Shown: in pieces, positions 51,201 through 63,995 of the stretch
Layout: every line of letters begins with the position of its first letter
How positions within the stretch are numbered: position 1 is the first letter of the stretch
DNA from: Marsupella aquatica
Taxonomy: Eukaryota; Plantae; Marchantiophyta
DNA length: 64,000 nucleotides
Direction: 5' to 3'
NCBI GenBank assembly: GCA_973895155.1
Contig: OZ316893.1
Coordinates: 22,093,717-22,157,716 of the forward strand
Made by a program: the position numbers and the translations under genes
Notes under the pieces: model-generated
What the model was told of the DNA's origin: nothing
The model's database searches: none
Seen by the model: only the letters and a program-made list of their open reading frames with translations

Positions 51201-54200
51201 AGTGCAGTATGATTCTCACTTGCAATGATACCTCCAAAGACAGTTTGAGAGACTTTCATTGCAGCCATCATTGTATATATAATTTTCTGATATCTGCAGA
51301 CCAAAAATTACCTTTTTTACAACTTTGATATCTTGTGTGGCGGATAGAAATGTTAGGTCCCACGTAGCACACTTTGAAGGCTGACAATTCGGTTTTTCGT
51401 TTGTCGTAACGGGAAAGGTATAGGAGTTCAGATGCGTAAAAACGAACTTGCCGCGTATTATGCAATTGACTCATACTGATGCTAGGTATGGAAATTGTCA
51501 GGTGGCAGAGGCTGTTTTTGAGAGTGTGCTTCCTAGGTCTGCTGGCGATGTCCTCCCTTCTTCAGATGCTGGTGTTTTACTATCTGTTGCCGACAGGTTT
51601 GTTTTCCAAACTTTTCAACAATTTGATTGCTTGTATCAGCAGCAAATTAAAGATAAGTTATCTTCGTATACGGTGGTTCGGAATCATCGTTTCCGCGGAG
51701 TCACCGTTTCAGTTATCCATTTATGGTTTTGTGCCTAGTGAAATGGTTAGACGGGCTTCCTACTGTCCTTCATCTGGTTTGCTGACGGATCACATCTGTT
51801 TGTATGGTTAGCTGGGTCTCGCGCTGATTTCTCGATCTGGTTGTGCAAAAGGACTGAAAGAAATACACACCAAAAGAAATCTTGCTTACCTGGTACCATA
51901 TTCAGTATATTTGATGAAAGTCTCTATGCGTGAACAGGTTGGACAGTCTCGTGGGCCTGTACAGTGTGGGCCGTCAACCATCTGCATCCTCAGATCCATT
52001 TGGCATGCGCCGAAGTGCCTATGGCCTGGTAATTTTTAAATCAAATGTTTCAACTAGAGCTAGATTTTCTTTCTTTAATTCTGTGTCTAAGTTGAAGGAC
52101 TTGGGAAAGTGCAGATTGTTAGTGCTACTAAATTGTGCGTTCTACTTCCATCTCTGAGTCCCTGGGGAAGAATAATTTCGTTCTGCACATCCATGCTCAT
52201 TACCAGGCAAGGTAGGGACGAGGTTTTGAAGCAAGTAACGAAATGGACCAAATTTCACCTCTTTTACATCAGAAGTGGTGATTTCATTAGACGTCATTGT
52301 GCAGGTTCAAGCTCTTGTTGAGAATGGAAAGAACTTGGACTTGAGAAAAGCCCTCAAGATTGCAGCTGATGTACAGCCAATCGATGTCCCTGAGTCCATT
52401 CTTCAAGAGGTGGGGTATTCTACATGCTTGCTAGTCTATTGAAAAGCTTGACTCTCAGATTTTATGTGCATTAGAATTATGTTGTATCTATTTTGGTTCT
52501 CGTTCAATCAAAGAGATAGATCACGTTGTTTATAGCTGGTAGTGCTCGGCTGCTTCCTGTCATTGCCGTTTACCTTGAAGAAATGTAATTAAGTTGCCTC
52601 AATATCCTAACTCGCCAAGTCCCATATTCATGCCTTCAAGTCTGCAAGACTCACTGTGATTCTTGTGGAGATATCAGAACGTGTTTTCTAAACCTTTTAT
52701 TCATCCTCCAGGTTTTCACTTTCATCACTCGGAGGTTGGAGCAACTTCTGGTTTGTCCCTCATCATTTTCATTCGTATGCATGCCAAGAAAGCCTTGCTT
52801 CTAAAATAAAGATTCAGTCCCAATGATTTCAAGATTGGAAGCACTCGGACCCTAATCTGTAAGTGTCTGAGTATCAATTATAACAAAAAAGTAGGGCAAT
52901 TCAGTTGGGAGAAAGAAAAAACAATAGAGTGATCTTTGGACTTCGTCGAGCTTGTCTTAATAAGTCAATCTGTGTCGTCCTTGTGCCTCAAATAGGTCGA
53001 TGGTGGTGCAAACGTTGAACTTGTGCGATCCATTCTCGCTGAAAGGGGTAGTATACCAACACTTGCAGCCCGCTCTGTGACTCAGGTTGGTATAACTCGG
53101 AGTACTTAGTAGACTTTTTGATATTGTGCAGGTTCTTTTCTTTTCTCGAGTTCCATGGGATAAGAATCATCCTACTACATCACCAGTTATTTAAAGAGGA
53201 ATGTTTTTCTTGTATGGACGTTAGTATTGTAACTCCAGTTCGCTCGTTCCTGCCAAATAGATGGAAGAACTCGTGAAGGGAGATTTGTTGTCAAAGATTG
53301 TCGCTGCCTATGCTCGCCCCACCAGGATAGTCCGCGGGAAAGAGGTTGATCCCTCATGGCAGGTATGTTAGTCCCGTGTAGTACAGTCAACCCTGCAGTA
53401 AGTGACCATGGAATGATAACTCCAGAAGAATTTGGGCTGACGATGAAAGTGATGTACTTGATTTCCCTCCGTCTAAAAGCTATAAATGTGCAAGATCTGG
53501 TTGGATATGTAAATGGGGGACCTCTCTTGTACTGTGCCCAGATTCTTTGGAACAATTCGTTTCACCTTTTATAAAGTTGCAATGGTTGAAGTTAGTCAGT
53601 CATGAAACAATTTCGCGCCATTCAGACTCTTCTGTTTGAAACAGGTTGATGAGACTGTGTTTGATGCTGCGGAGGAGAAAGTGTTGTGGGATGCCTGCAA
53701 GCAAACATCTGCGCTTCTGTATGATGGTATTTTTTTGCAACTCTGTCAACTGGATCATTGTGTCATCTATTTTGTAGTCTATCTCATGACGTTAGGATTT
53801 AAAGCAGTGCATCACAGAATTCCAACAGGTACCTGCTGTGCACTTGCATCACTAACCCCACAACTGCCACATGAACGGAAATATTGGCATTGCAAACTAC
53901 TTCAATTTTACCGTACTGATGTGAATGATCGATATGTTGCAGGGGTAGGTGTTGATGTGTTTGTAGAGGCCTCTCAGAGCTTGGTAGACCCATTGGAAGC
54001 TTTCTTCACCAATGTCTTTGTTATGGCGGTATGTTGCACCAGACTAAACTCTAGCTGATCTTCATATTTAGTAATGCAATCATTTCATACGAAGAAATTG
54101 CTTTCCTGGCTTTATTCCTCGGCACAGTTGGGTATTTCAATGTAGGGTAGTTTCACTTTGACTCTTCCTGCCCTTAGTCTCTCAATGTGACTTTGCTGCA

Positions 54201-54300
54201 GGAGGATGAGAGGGTGCGGAACAACCGTCTGGCATTGCTCAACACAATTGCTAGTCTTCCTAAGGGCATAGCAGACCTTTCTATCCTACCCGGCTTTTGA
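42228..54300 (+). CDS. EDD1: Organellar (chloroplast/mitochondrial) glycine--tRNA ligase, fused alpha+beta (GlyQS type), 36 exons, ~1123 aa
   Basis: Hand-spliced exons keep frame (3372 nt): 42228-42632, 42752-42802, 43301-43368, 43772-43853, 44035-44098, 44533-44588, 44733-44810, 45178-45252, 45525-45595, 45821-45937, 46093-46194, 46386-46512, 46800-46880, 47019-47105, 47309-47410, 47749-47812, 48122-48177, 48402-48473, 48757-48839, 48984-49032, 49226-49288, 49408-49503, 49662-49748, 49930-50004, 50351-50409, 50709-50802, 50988-51206, 51502-51596, 51938-52028, 52305-52409, 52712-52750, 52996-53085, 53261-53362, 53645-53726, 53943-54028, 54202-54300. Alpha motifs: [68 protein letters not shown]. 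Beta motifs: [58 protein letters not shown]. The N-terminus is S/R/A-rich like a transit peptide. Confidence 0.96.
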
Positions 54301-55819
54301 GAACTATTTTTGTTGTACTAAATTCTCCTGCATAGATTGGCTGTCTACTGAAACAGTAGATTTTATGCTAGTAGTAGAGGTCCTCCTGCATTCTCGGTTG
54401 TATCCATTTCATGGCCTTAATTTTAAAGAAAAGCTTGAAAGAAATTCAGCAGTTGACTGTTGCAAATTTGCAAATTCAGCTGCTTCATGAGGAAAAGGTT
54501 TGCCTAGGCCAAAGCCGTATTTAGTTTGTATAAAGAAAATTTCAAGATTTTGAAAGAGTTAGGATTAATTTCATAAGGAATAACGTTGGAAGATGATTGG
54601 ACGGAAATTGTTTGAGCTCGTCATCTAACTCATTTAACCTTAGAAGGCAAGTTAGGCAAGTTAGGCAAGTTGTTCTCACACTCACCCCTGAAGAAAAACG
54701 ATAGGCTCTTGGTGGACTCTTTCTCTGCGGTGTCAGCGAAAAGAATTCTCCCAAAGATTAGAGAGTGACAAAGGTAATATGTGTGATGAGACGTTTCTGA
54801 TGTAGGATGCTTTGAAATGGAGCTGAAGGGCAATCTTTCCTTCATTAGCTTCGGATGAACTGACGACACCAAGTTCACAGCAATCGCCTGTTTTGTGTTA
54901 TTAAAATTCACACACAGGAAACCTTGTCATTTTTCAAAGAAGAGTCGTCAGGCAAGGAACCAAAGATGTATGTGCACACACACACATCTTCTGGAACAGT
55001 AACTTACCCAGTTGGGATAAGGAGTGGGAGATTCCACCACCTTCAAATTTAGTTGTACTTTCACTATCATCATGTTTGGGTTTAAATACGTTCTCGACAT
55101 AACAAAAAGGACCAAAAAATAATCTGCGGATGAGGCATGACACACAAAATGTGTCCATACTTTCTCCAGGAGCGGTTGGGGCAAACCTCTACCATAGAAC
55201 TACATGAGTGTACTACAGTAATGAATGATGGGCATTGGCACAAAAATTGGATAATGCAGATTAGGTAAGTTTACCACCAGGGCGAGACCCGAACTCAAGT
55301 AAACTATATCTCCTTTCCCGTTCCCAGAAAGTAAGCATAGAGAGATTCCCTTGACATTGATTGACTTGGTAGCTTCGAGCCTCGGATTGAATTGCTTGTT
55401 ACTGGCTACTCAAATTGCGGCAAAGTTTGTGGCTCCTTGCATGATCTCGATCACGAGAAGAATAGTTCACATATACAAAGCTGCGTGATGGATCACATGA
55501 ATCCACTTTGAGAGGAATCCAACGTCACTACCTCGGCTTTGTCAAAAGGGCAGCTACTGTACAGTGTTAGGCAACGAACATGTCTTGGGCAATGTCTAGT
55601 CGTCACAATGCAGCCCAGCTGGATAGTGAATTACCTAGAGATACCAATTCTTTGCCATCGCTGAGATGTACATGATTTTCAAGGGAGAGCAAAAAAGGAG
55701 ACATTCCGGTCCTCAATTGGGCCTGTTTTTCTAGAGAGAAGCTGCGGAGAAGATCAGCTCAAAATCCTTTCGCCGTGCCGACAATGGGCTCAAAGCTCAA
55801 AGCGCATTGTACCAAGTGA

Positions 55820-56181
55820 AATGGTCTGAGTTGCTAGTTAGACCCCATCGACCTTCAGCAATTTTCAAAAGAAAATTCACCACAGCTGGAGATTAGGTCC
55901 CATGCTGGTGAAACAGGAAACCCTTCCTCCTGATTGTAAGCTAGGCCATGCATCTGACTCGGTCCGTCCATTACAAAGCTCAAAGCGCAGGTCCGTCCAA
56001 TGGTACATAAACAGGGTTATGTACGGTCCGTCCATTACAAAGCTCAAAGCGCAGGTCCGTCCAATGGTACATAAACAGGGTTATGTACAACAGTAAGTTT
56101 CTGGGGCGGACCGAGTCAGAGGCATGGCCTAGCTTACAATCAGGACCTATTCTTTGAGCTCAACTAGCAACTCAGACCATT
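55820..56181. other. Long hairpin-forming inverted repeat (candidate MIR/hpRNA locus or MITE remnant) with an internal 64-bp tandem duplication
   Basis: Perfect 20-bp inverted repeat at 55820-55839/56162-56181. A 42-bp inverted repeat with 2 mismatches at 55928-55969/56104-56145. The loop holds a 64-bp unit at 55960 and 56024. Confidence 0.75.
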
Positions 56182-59100
56182 ACATCCGTTAATTTGTGCT
56201 GATCGATTTGCTCATTGATTGAGATCAACCGTGAGTTTGCTATCAGTGGTGAGACTTAATTGACCAGGAGCTACATAGAGAGAGAGAGAGGATAAGAAGC
56301 TGCCTTCGATCCATACATTCTGAATCAGAAAGCACATAATTTGTTCTGAGCCAAAATTGCACAATTCTTTTATATTTTCATTGACCAGGCGCAATATTTT
56401 GTCCTCCACTAGGGCGAATTTGTGAAGCCCGGGTTCACTCAATCTGTAGGCGGGTTTGAACTACGGCAAGCTGGCATTGGACTTGTTCCAATCACAGTCT
56501 GACTTATGCCCAAACTGAAATCGAAGCCACTCCAGCTGCTGCTTCAATGTTGTTGCGCCTGCAATGCAAGCTGCAAGCGGGCAGCACACTTCAGAGGCAC
56601 CTGATCGGCTCCATTCGTTTTGAGGATGTGCTAAATCAAGGTGGCAAGTCAATGGTCGAATTACAGTGCAGAACCAGCTGGCCGGCCGGCTGGCTTGGTA
56701 GGATTTTAAGTAAACTGTAGACATCTAAAATGCTCCAGACCCGGGTTGCCGAAAGAAACTTTGCAATTGAGGTCGATCACAAGAACAAATTGTAGAAGTT
56801 TAAAGGGTAGCAGAAGCACCTCCAATCCCGGCTCAATACGTAGTATCTTTGTTGGAGCATTATTGATTTGATATTTTTCTTTCCCTGTGTGTTATTTTTA
56901 CACGGGATTGAAAGCTTGAGATCGATCATCGCCAGAGTCAACTCATGTGAAGTTAAAAGAGTTACGGCTGCTCTTACCTACTGTAGCTCCCGAGTTCCTA
57001 CTGGGACAAAAGGTTCATAGCATTTGTGGCCCCCAACTCCCCCAGGCCTTGCATTGCACACCGTGATCAGAATGCACGACCTGGGACTCAAAGCGTCCAA
57101 CCGATGACGTGCTATACCATGTGCAATGATGCAAAGATGACAAACCAGCTGGCCTGGCAACAGATATGCAATGGTCGTAGGGAATCTTATTATCTAATAA
57201 GTAGGATCTTCTTGTATTTTCATCATGCTTGTCATGAGCGTGCCTATCTTTACTTTGGAAGCAATGCGATAACTATACATGAACTTACAAAGTCAATTTC
57301 ATGGTCTGCCCCTACGTCGCGAGCCTCCGTCCAGGAATACAGTTCATTGCAAGCAATACAAAATTTATTAGAAAATACCAAATTTAAATGCAGATTGATC
57401 AGTGAAGACATAATGGTTCCCTTCATTCATTTGCTAACCCGATTCCAAGCTAACCGGACATTTGCTAACCCGATTCCAAGCTCTACATGGAGTACGTAAG
57501 AGTCTAAGAGAGGATGTTCCTAATCCGTGCCCGGAGTTGAGGAAGAGAGGAATGCATGTAGCAGGAATCACACGGTACCCACTCTCAGGTGATTTCACAG
57601 CACGTCCTCCATCTGCTGCTACAGTAGCAGTGATGAAGCTGGCTCTCCTGCTGCTGCTAGAGTGCCGTCTGGTCACTGGTGTGATATACTGGACTCACGG
57701 CTTCGAGCCCAATTTTACCCATTTAAATTCTAGCCACAGCTGGAGCTCGCTTCCGGATTCATGCGGGATTTGAGAGTAGGGGTACAGGGATCGGAATTGT
57801 TGCAAAAGGAAGTCTGACTTAGCAGAAGCTTGTCGGCTCGGATCTTAGCTTGAGGTCTCATAATGTTCCGTGCTACCGTAGTCCCATGTGATCTCTGAGG
57901 TAGAGTTCAACCAGCTATGAATGAATATACGCCACTTTTTCTCGAAAAAGTGAACCTACTACCATGAGGAGTCCGATGTCCTCAAGAAGAAAAACCTTGG
58001 AGTTTGGGCTGCTACCAAGCTGCCCCGCATTTTGTTTCAAGTGATGGAGTATCAGCAGGACTCTATATATGATACTCTATATATGATCGTTATGATGTTC
58101 ACTTTGCTTAGTCAAAATGGTAAGTTCTCTATTGGGGCATGGGGTTAACGCACTTCGTTGAACAAGGGTCGGAAATTGACACAGCTGGTGGATAGCGGAG
58201 AAATTGTACTATCAAGAGGATTGGTTGGGATAGACACATCCAAAACCGAGAAGTGAGGATGTGCCAACAACCACCAAGTCAGCTGCACTGACGCTGAAAC
58301 ATGATCGACCTACCGTAAACAAGAGGAAAGGTGAATTTAAAAGTACTTTCTCAAAGCTGTGCCCATCAAGGACAAGTAACTCCAGACTGTAGGTACTGTA
58401 GCTGGTCGAAATCTCGATCCAATGAGATTCGAAAGCTCCCTTTTCTCTCAATTCAACGTGCTATATATGGAAGGGGAACGCGCCTACCTTTTCAGCTCGG
58501 CCTAGCGATGATGACATGGTCTCTCGTCAAAACAGCTGACAGTTTTTTTAAAGCTTCGAATGAGTACAGAGAAAAGCTCCATATAAATGTACAGCGAATG
58601 GATCAAAGCCGTGTTGCTGAGAGTCTGTTGATTGGCTCGAAAAGCTCCTGGACAGCTAGCTGTGCTGTAGCGGATCTATCTAGCTTGCGAGTGCACTGTA
58701 CTGGGGTGTCAGTTGAGGACAGCTTTCTCCACCTTGAAATGATGGATCTGAAAAGTCGAGAGTACTAACTAGCTGGTACCTTTTATTGGCACGCATCCCC
58801 CTTAGTGCGGCTTTACAAGACGTCCGCGCCAGTGTCTTCTTTTTATTCTCTCCATGACATTAATGACTGCAAAGGCTCTATGATTAAATCTGTATTGTAT
58901 AATGAGATCAAAAGGGTTGGAGTTGGCTTCACAGTCCCATTCAGGTAATTCAGGTGGGGGCCATTGCATTCCTTTCTATTCCCTAAGATTAGAGGACCAT
59001 TGTCTTTTCTTTATTCCTAAGATTAAATCTGGACTGTCAAATGTGTGGAAATGGCTGCAATCTCAATGTCTCCTTGTTATACCCTCTGAGATTAAATGTG

Positions 59101-59370
59101 GAGCTTATAATAAGTGGAATCAAAGGGCTGCAGTTGGTTTTACAATAACTACTGTAGGAGTCCATCGTCTTCGTTTTATTTTCTCTGAGATTAAAACTGA
59201 AGAGTACCAAAAATGGAAACGATGCAGTGTTGGCTTTACAAGAACAAGAGGGTCTCTTAGGTCATTCGGATGGTTGAGGAAAGTCAATTTAGAGCCCCTG
59301 TGCTATGCTGCCTGCCCTACCAGTCGTGCTTAGGTGCTAAAAGAGTGACCTCCAATTTTTCAATGTGTGT

Positions 59371-59393
59371 GGGGGGTGGGGGGGGGGGGGGGG
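59371..59393 (+). repeat. Poly-G tract (G6-T-G16)
   Basis: Directly visible in the sequence. Confidence 0.85.
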
Positions 59394-61117
59394 CGCTTAG
59401 AGTGATGGGGTTTGTGCAAAAGTTGGTACTAGAGTAACCCTGTGCATTATAGGCAACGTGCCATAGTTGGCAGCATTGAATGGGGCCCCCCAAAAGACAG
59501 CAATACAAGAGTGTTCCAAGGAATCTCATCCAGAATTTAAGGTATGGTGTCTACCGGTCCTCATGGCAAAGCAATAAGCCGAAGTAAATGCTGATGTGGA
59601 GTGTTGCCTCCTTTTATCTAGAACTTTAGACTACCTTCAAAGCTGATCCAACCATTTCAAAATCTGGCTCCTTCATTCAAGGGCTTACTATTAAAGTACA
59701 TTTGAAAAGATTTTTTAAGTCTAGAGTCTACATTCAAAACTAGAAGAGGTCTTCCAGTTTGATTTGGTAATAAGAATGTCACAACTGCCCCCTTACTTCC
59801 TGTAAAGCCACTCTTAAGTGATGGAACCCTGGATAATATCATATCCACTTGAGTGAGGATTCTATTGCATTGCAGTATGACTACCCCACGGATCATTCCA
59901 ACCACTAGACCTAGTTGAACAGGACAATGCTTGGTGAGCACAAATTGAGATCATTGACATTCCGCTGGGAATTCTGGAACCACACACATTGGGAATTCTG
60001 GAACCACACCCATTACATTAGTCAACTACAGTAGCTACTGTACTACATTATGTAGAGCTCCCACAACCACTCAGAAAAGCTACCCAAGCAACAAATATTC
60101 AATTACTGAAGTGTTTCGTTACACCACCCAACAACTCAAACAGCAGACATTTCTGGGTGGTAAAACATGATGTGCTTCATCCATGTGATGTGTTGAGAAA
60201 GAAATTAAAAACATACTTCACTTGTGTAAGATGTCTAGAGGTTATGTTACCATACAAAGGAATATGAACTTTAATTTGTTAGGGTAGTTGTGCTCTTTAG
60301 ATAATCTCCAGAAAATTACTTGCCCGTGCTTAGTCGCATTGTCAACAAGTAGTAGGGTAGATCATACAGCAACAAGGCTTTCAGGCCATGTCCGTATGAG
60401 CCCTAAAATTCCAACAGAGGCAGACTTGTCATGGGAGAGAAATCTCATAGCATAATAGGACCGGAAATTAAGCCCTGATGGATTGAGGGGTTTGTTTTGC
60501 CCATAGACTGTGTAACATTTGCTTCACTTTACAGCCAAAATTCACACTGACTGGTTGAATTGGAATGACTCTTCACTTTTGAGAAGATTGCCCCAAGGAC
60601 TGTTTCCGGGTGCCCCAGCCAGCTGTAAAACATCAGTTTTTGGCAGAGATCTGTATCTAGTTTTTCACACTTGTGCATTTTGTTGGACAACTTTTGGACC
60701 TATGCTTAGGTTCAAATTTTTCTACCATGTTCTCTGGTTTTCAATCTATTACCTGATCTTCACTTTTGTGAAGAACGCCCTGACTAGTTTGGGCATGTCA
60801 TTGCATAACCCCCTCTTGCCCATCATTAACCGTAACACCCTTTCTCGCCTCCCAAAACTACAAGAAATAAAGTCGACTTGGCGGCTGGCTGTGATATTTG
60901 ATTGCTTTTCTTTTGCCAATGTCCATGGGGTACTGAGTTGCGAGCCATTTACCTTCTGCAATAAGATCATGGGAGAAATTTTTAATTAATAGAGCCTCTC
61001 AATCCTTGAGCACTATGGTAGACCGGTTCTTGTCATAAAGTCTGACAGTAACTATTCTTGTTTCAGTTGAAACTTTTTTTTGGGGTTTGTTTGTGCCTGG
61101 CACATGGAGCTTCCCTA

Positions 61118-61296
61118 GAGGGATATGCTTAGTAGACCCCCTTCTCAAAAAAGTTTGCTTAATCAACCCCCTCTATACTTTTCCCCAATCTGGACCATTG
61201 ATTGACCTTTCCATCTCAGATCTGGACCGTTGATAGACCTCAGGGGGTCTAACAAGTCACAAGTTTCATTTTGGGGGTCCATCGAGCAACTACCCC
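61118..61296. mobile_element. Mutator-like MITE (179 bp)
   Basis: Perfect 9-bp TSD GCTTCCCTA (61109-61117 and 61297-61305). The imperfect TIRs start with G: GAGGGATATGCTTAGTAGACCCCC / GGGGGTCCATCGAGCAACTACCCC (16/24 matches). Confidence 0.75.
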
Positions 61297-62216
61297 GCTT
61301 CCCTATGGCCATGTCATATTGATGTCTGTTAAGATCAAAAAGTTATGGATCTGCCCTGCTTGTGAAATCCATACCGATTGTATCTATAACTCACAAGCTA
61401 GCTGATAGGGCATCTCAGACCTTGGAGATACCAGGATAACTTTTTTCCATAAGGTATCAAGGCAGACTTTAAATTTGGGATTTCTCATAACTAAAAATTG
61501 TGGGAGTCAACCTTCAGCTCCTCTAGAGAAAGCCTATGGGCTCAACAACTAACCAATAACATTAACTACAGTCCATTCACTACTGTTCAAACATTTTGAA
61601 CCATAGCTTGTGAATGTGGAAATCAAGAGAAAACTGGAAAATGTGATTAAATGATCCACAATGACAAATTATGTGTCAAAACTATGCCTGCTGGTAATCA
61701 CACATCAAAATGTGATAATATACAGTGTGCACTCACTAATTTAAAGAAAATAGTGAGATTTATCATGGTATGGAGTGTGATGTAGTACACCCTATATGTC
61801 ATCTTTTGATGTGCAATTGGGGATGCTATTGAAAGGCAACCGGGTTTTCAACCTGATATGGCTCTGGTTGCTCCATTGGGGATGAAGTCAAGGAAAGAAA
61901 GGGACACATAATTGAGACAGAGGTTACCCCTAACTCCTGGGTTATGTGCTGGTCAATGCATTTTCCATGGCTTTTCCATGAACATTTCAATTGTGCTACT
62001 TTGCAACATCTGATTAGTGTGTGTAAGGCTAGGACTGTAATCAAAGTTAACCAGAGAAGTGGATGCAAAAAATTCATTGGACTCATTGTCACCTTCTTTT
62101 TAAATTTAAAATAAATTTAAAAATGGGTTGGCCTAAGCTATCTTGGGCCTGTGTTTTTAAATTGATAACTTGGTCCAATAATTTGATTTTAATTTCTACC
62201 TTGGTCCCGTAACTTG

Positions 62217-62901
62217 TGTTGAGCATAGACTACAATCACAATGGCAAAACCTGTCAAGGATTGCTCTTAGTCTTGTGGCTCATAGGTTACGGCAATTCAG
62301 TTAACCACAGTTTGGGACTTAGTTGAGGTTAGGTTAGTCGTGTGTGATCTTGTATATACCAGGGCTAGTGTAAGCCACTCGCGGATGGTGCTTGCTCATA
62401 GTAATGGAGCAACTTCAGGAAGAGAGAAAGTTTGTGTGTTCAACTACTCTGAAGTAAAATTGGAGTGTTCGTGTGGACGTAGCCTTGGGGAAGAGGTGAA
62501 CCACATATGGATTGTGTCGACTACGTGAACATGGTATGAGTCGTGATTGTATCGTCATGAAGGAAGGTGTCATAGTTCAACAACACCATTACCATCCAAC
62601 GATCAAGAGCCGACACAACACGATAGTTACGTGGTTCACCTCCACATGAGGGTACATCCACGGGAACACACAAAACATTTACTGCACTCTAGGCCGATTA
62701 GCCATACCAAGCATCCACAGCACAAGCCCTCCCTATCTTTCAACTGGCTCCGTAACAATAGTTCCTACTATCCAAGCAAACATCGTTTGGGTATAGTGTG
62801 TGCATAACATAGCTAATCTAATCTAGTCTGCGACTAAGACCCGACTAAGATTAGCCCTAAACTGTGGTACAATCGTAATTCTAGACTTAAGAGTAAATAC
62901 A
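62217..62901. mobile_element. Solo LTR (same family as 24169-24511) interrupted by a nested solo LTR
   Basis: TGTTGAGCATAGAC...AAATACA with a perfect TSD ACTTG (62212-62216 and 62902-62906). The body matches the 24.2-kb LTR (ACGTGGTTCACCTCCA, TCCACGGGAACACACAA, TTTACTGCACTCTAGGCCGA). Confidence 0.88.
62252..62582. mobile_element. Nested related solo LTR (331 bp) in inverted orientation
   Basis: TGTCAAG...GTTCAACA with flanks AAACC/ACACC (TSD, one mismatch). Its reverse complement ends ATGAGCCACAAGACTAAGAGCAATCCTTGACA, like the 24.2-kb LTR end ATGAGTCACAAGACTATAGCAATATCTAACA. Confidence 0.82.
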
Positions 62902-63011
62902 ACTTGATCCCATAACCAGGGACACATCTGTAACTTAATTCGGACCAGTGACCAAGTTCTGAGGCTCGCTATTAGGGTGTCTCAAACCTCTAGGGTTTGG
63001 CTCCGGTCACT

Positions 63012-63097
63012 GTCACACATGTTTGCCCCGAAATAAAATGACACATTTTTGCCCCGAAGTAAAATGACACACATGTTTGCCCTGAAGTAAAATGACA
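63012..63097. repeat. ~27-bp tandem repeat x3
   Basis: CACACATGTTTGCCC(C/T)GAA(A/G)TAAAATGA-like units. Confidence 0.8.
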
Positions 63098-63327
63098 GAC
63101 TCACACAAGCTTGTCCTACCAGTTGTGACCTAGGTCCCTATCTCACACTTTTGGACTGGGGATCTTTCTAGGGCCTGAGATTCCTGTTGTGAACTTTGGA
63201 ACTTTAAGACTAACTAGAAAACAGGTACAATATTCCTGGTAGTACTTATCTACTCTGTGTGTGTCATGACATTGCGCTTTGCAGGTGCGTCGTCCGTAAG
63301 GTGACAGAGGGCAACAGAGCTGGGCAC

Positions 63328-63995
63328 TTAGGGCGATCTAAAGAATCTGGGAACTAAGTTTTCTGGAGCTGCCTTCTCTCGTGGAGTAGAGAAATTAATA
63401 AGGAGGGCATGGTCTACAATCATGTCCGTAAAGGGCCCGAATCCTGGAAGCCCCTTAGTGGCACGGAAAGTACTGTACTCAGAGAACAACGTGGGCGTGG
63501 GAGGACATGATGTACTGTACATTGTAGAATCTAGGACATTCTCCTCATCCAGAGGCAAAAGCGGCCAGAGATCAAACATAAGTTGGCGGATGAATTCCTG
63601 CAGCCGCAAATATGTGAGGTTGGACCAAATTTTGCTACTCCGGCTTGCCAAGGCCTTGGAAACAAACTTCAACCAGTGATTGGGAATACACTGTATCTCT
63701 CTTAGCGATGAGCATTCATGGTTCGAATGCAAGGCCGAATAATACTTGAATTGCGCGCTGCATGTGTTAGAGAGATCAGCGCACTTCAGTGCCACCCACT
63801 TTGTTCAGACAGTTCAATCTCCAATTAATATTGAAGTTTTACGCCAATACAAAGATCGAAACTGAAAGTTTAAGAATTAAGCTAGGAGCAAACAATGATG
63901 ACAGCTTTCAAAGGACTGCTTCACATCCGCGCATCAATTGATGCCACCCGTGACTTCGAAAAACTTCAGCAAGCGAGAGGAGTGCCATTGATGAC
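63328..63995 (-). CDS. Possible last two exons of a gene extending beyond the window (BTB/BACK-like C-terminus)
   Basis: Candidate exon from 63995 (after CGCAG) reads SSMALLSLAEVFRSHGWHQLMRGCEA. Candidate terminal exon 63597-63328 (after CTGCAG) reads EFIRQLMFDLWPLLP...*. Together they resemble the L.eV..s.GW..L.....L..el pattern of SPOP/BPM C-termini. The donor site is weak. Confidence 0.3.

Noticed and set aside
36424-54300. tRNA gene close to an aminoacyl-tRNA synthetase as a functional cluster
   Set aside because: The tRNA is cytosolic Ala and the enzyme is organellar Gly. They are 5.7 kb apart and separated by repeats, so this is most likely coincidence.
56212-56724. Two in-frame minus-strand ORFs separated by a single TAG (possible readthrough or pseudogene)
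   Set aside because: The joined 170-aa peptide has no motif I recognise. There is not enough evidence without a homology search.
59371-59393. Poly-G tract as a functional G-quadruplex
   Set aside because: It is intergenic with no linked feature, and homopolymer length is error-prone in assemblies.
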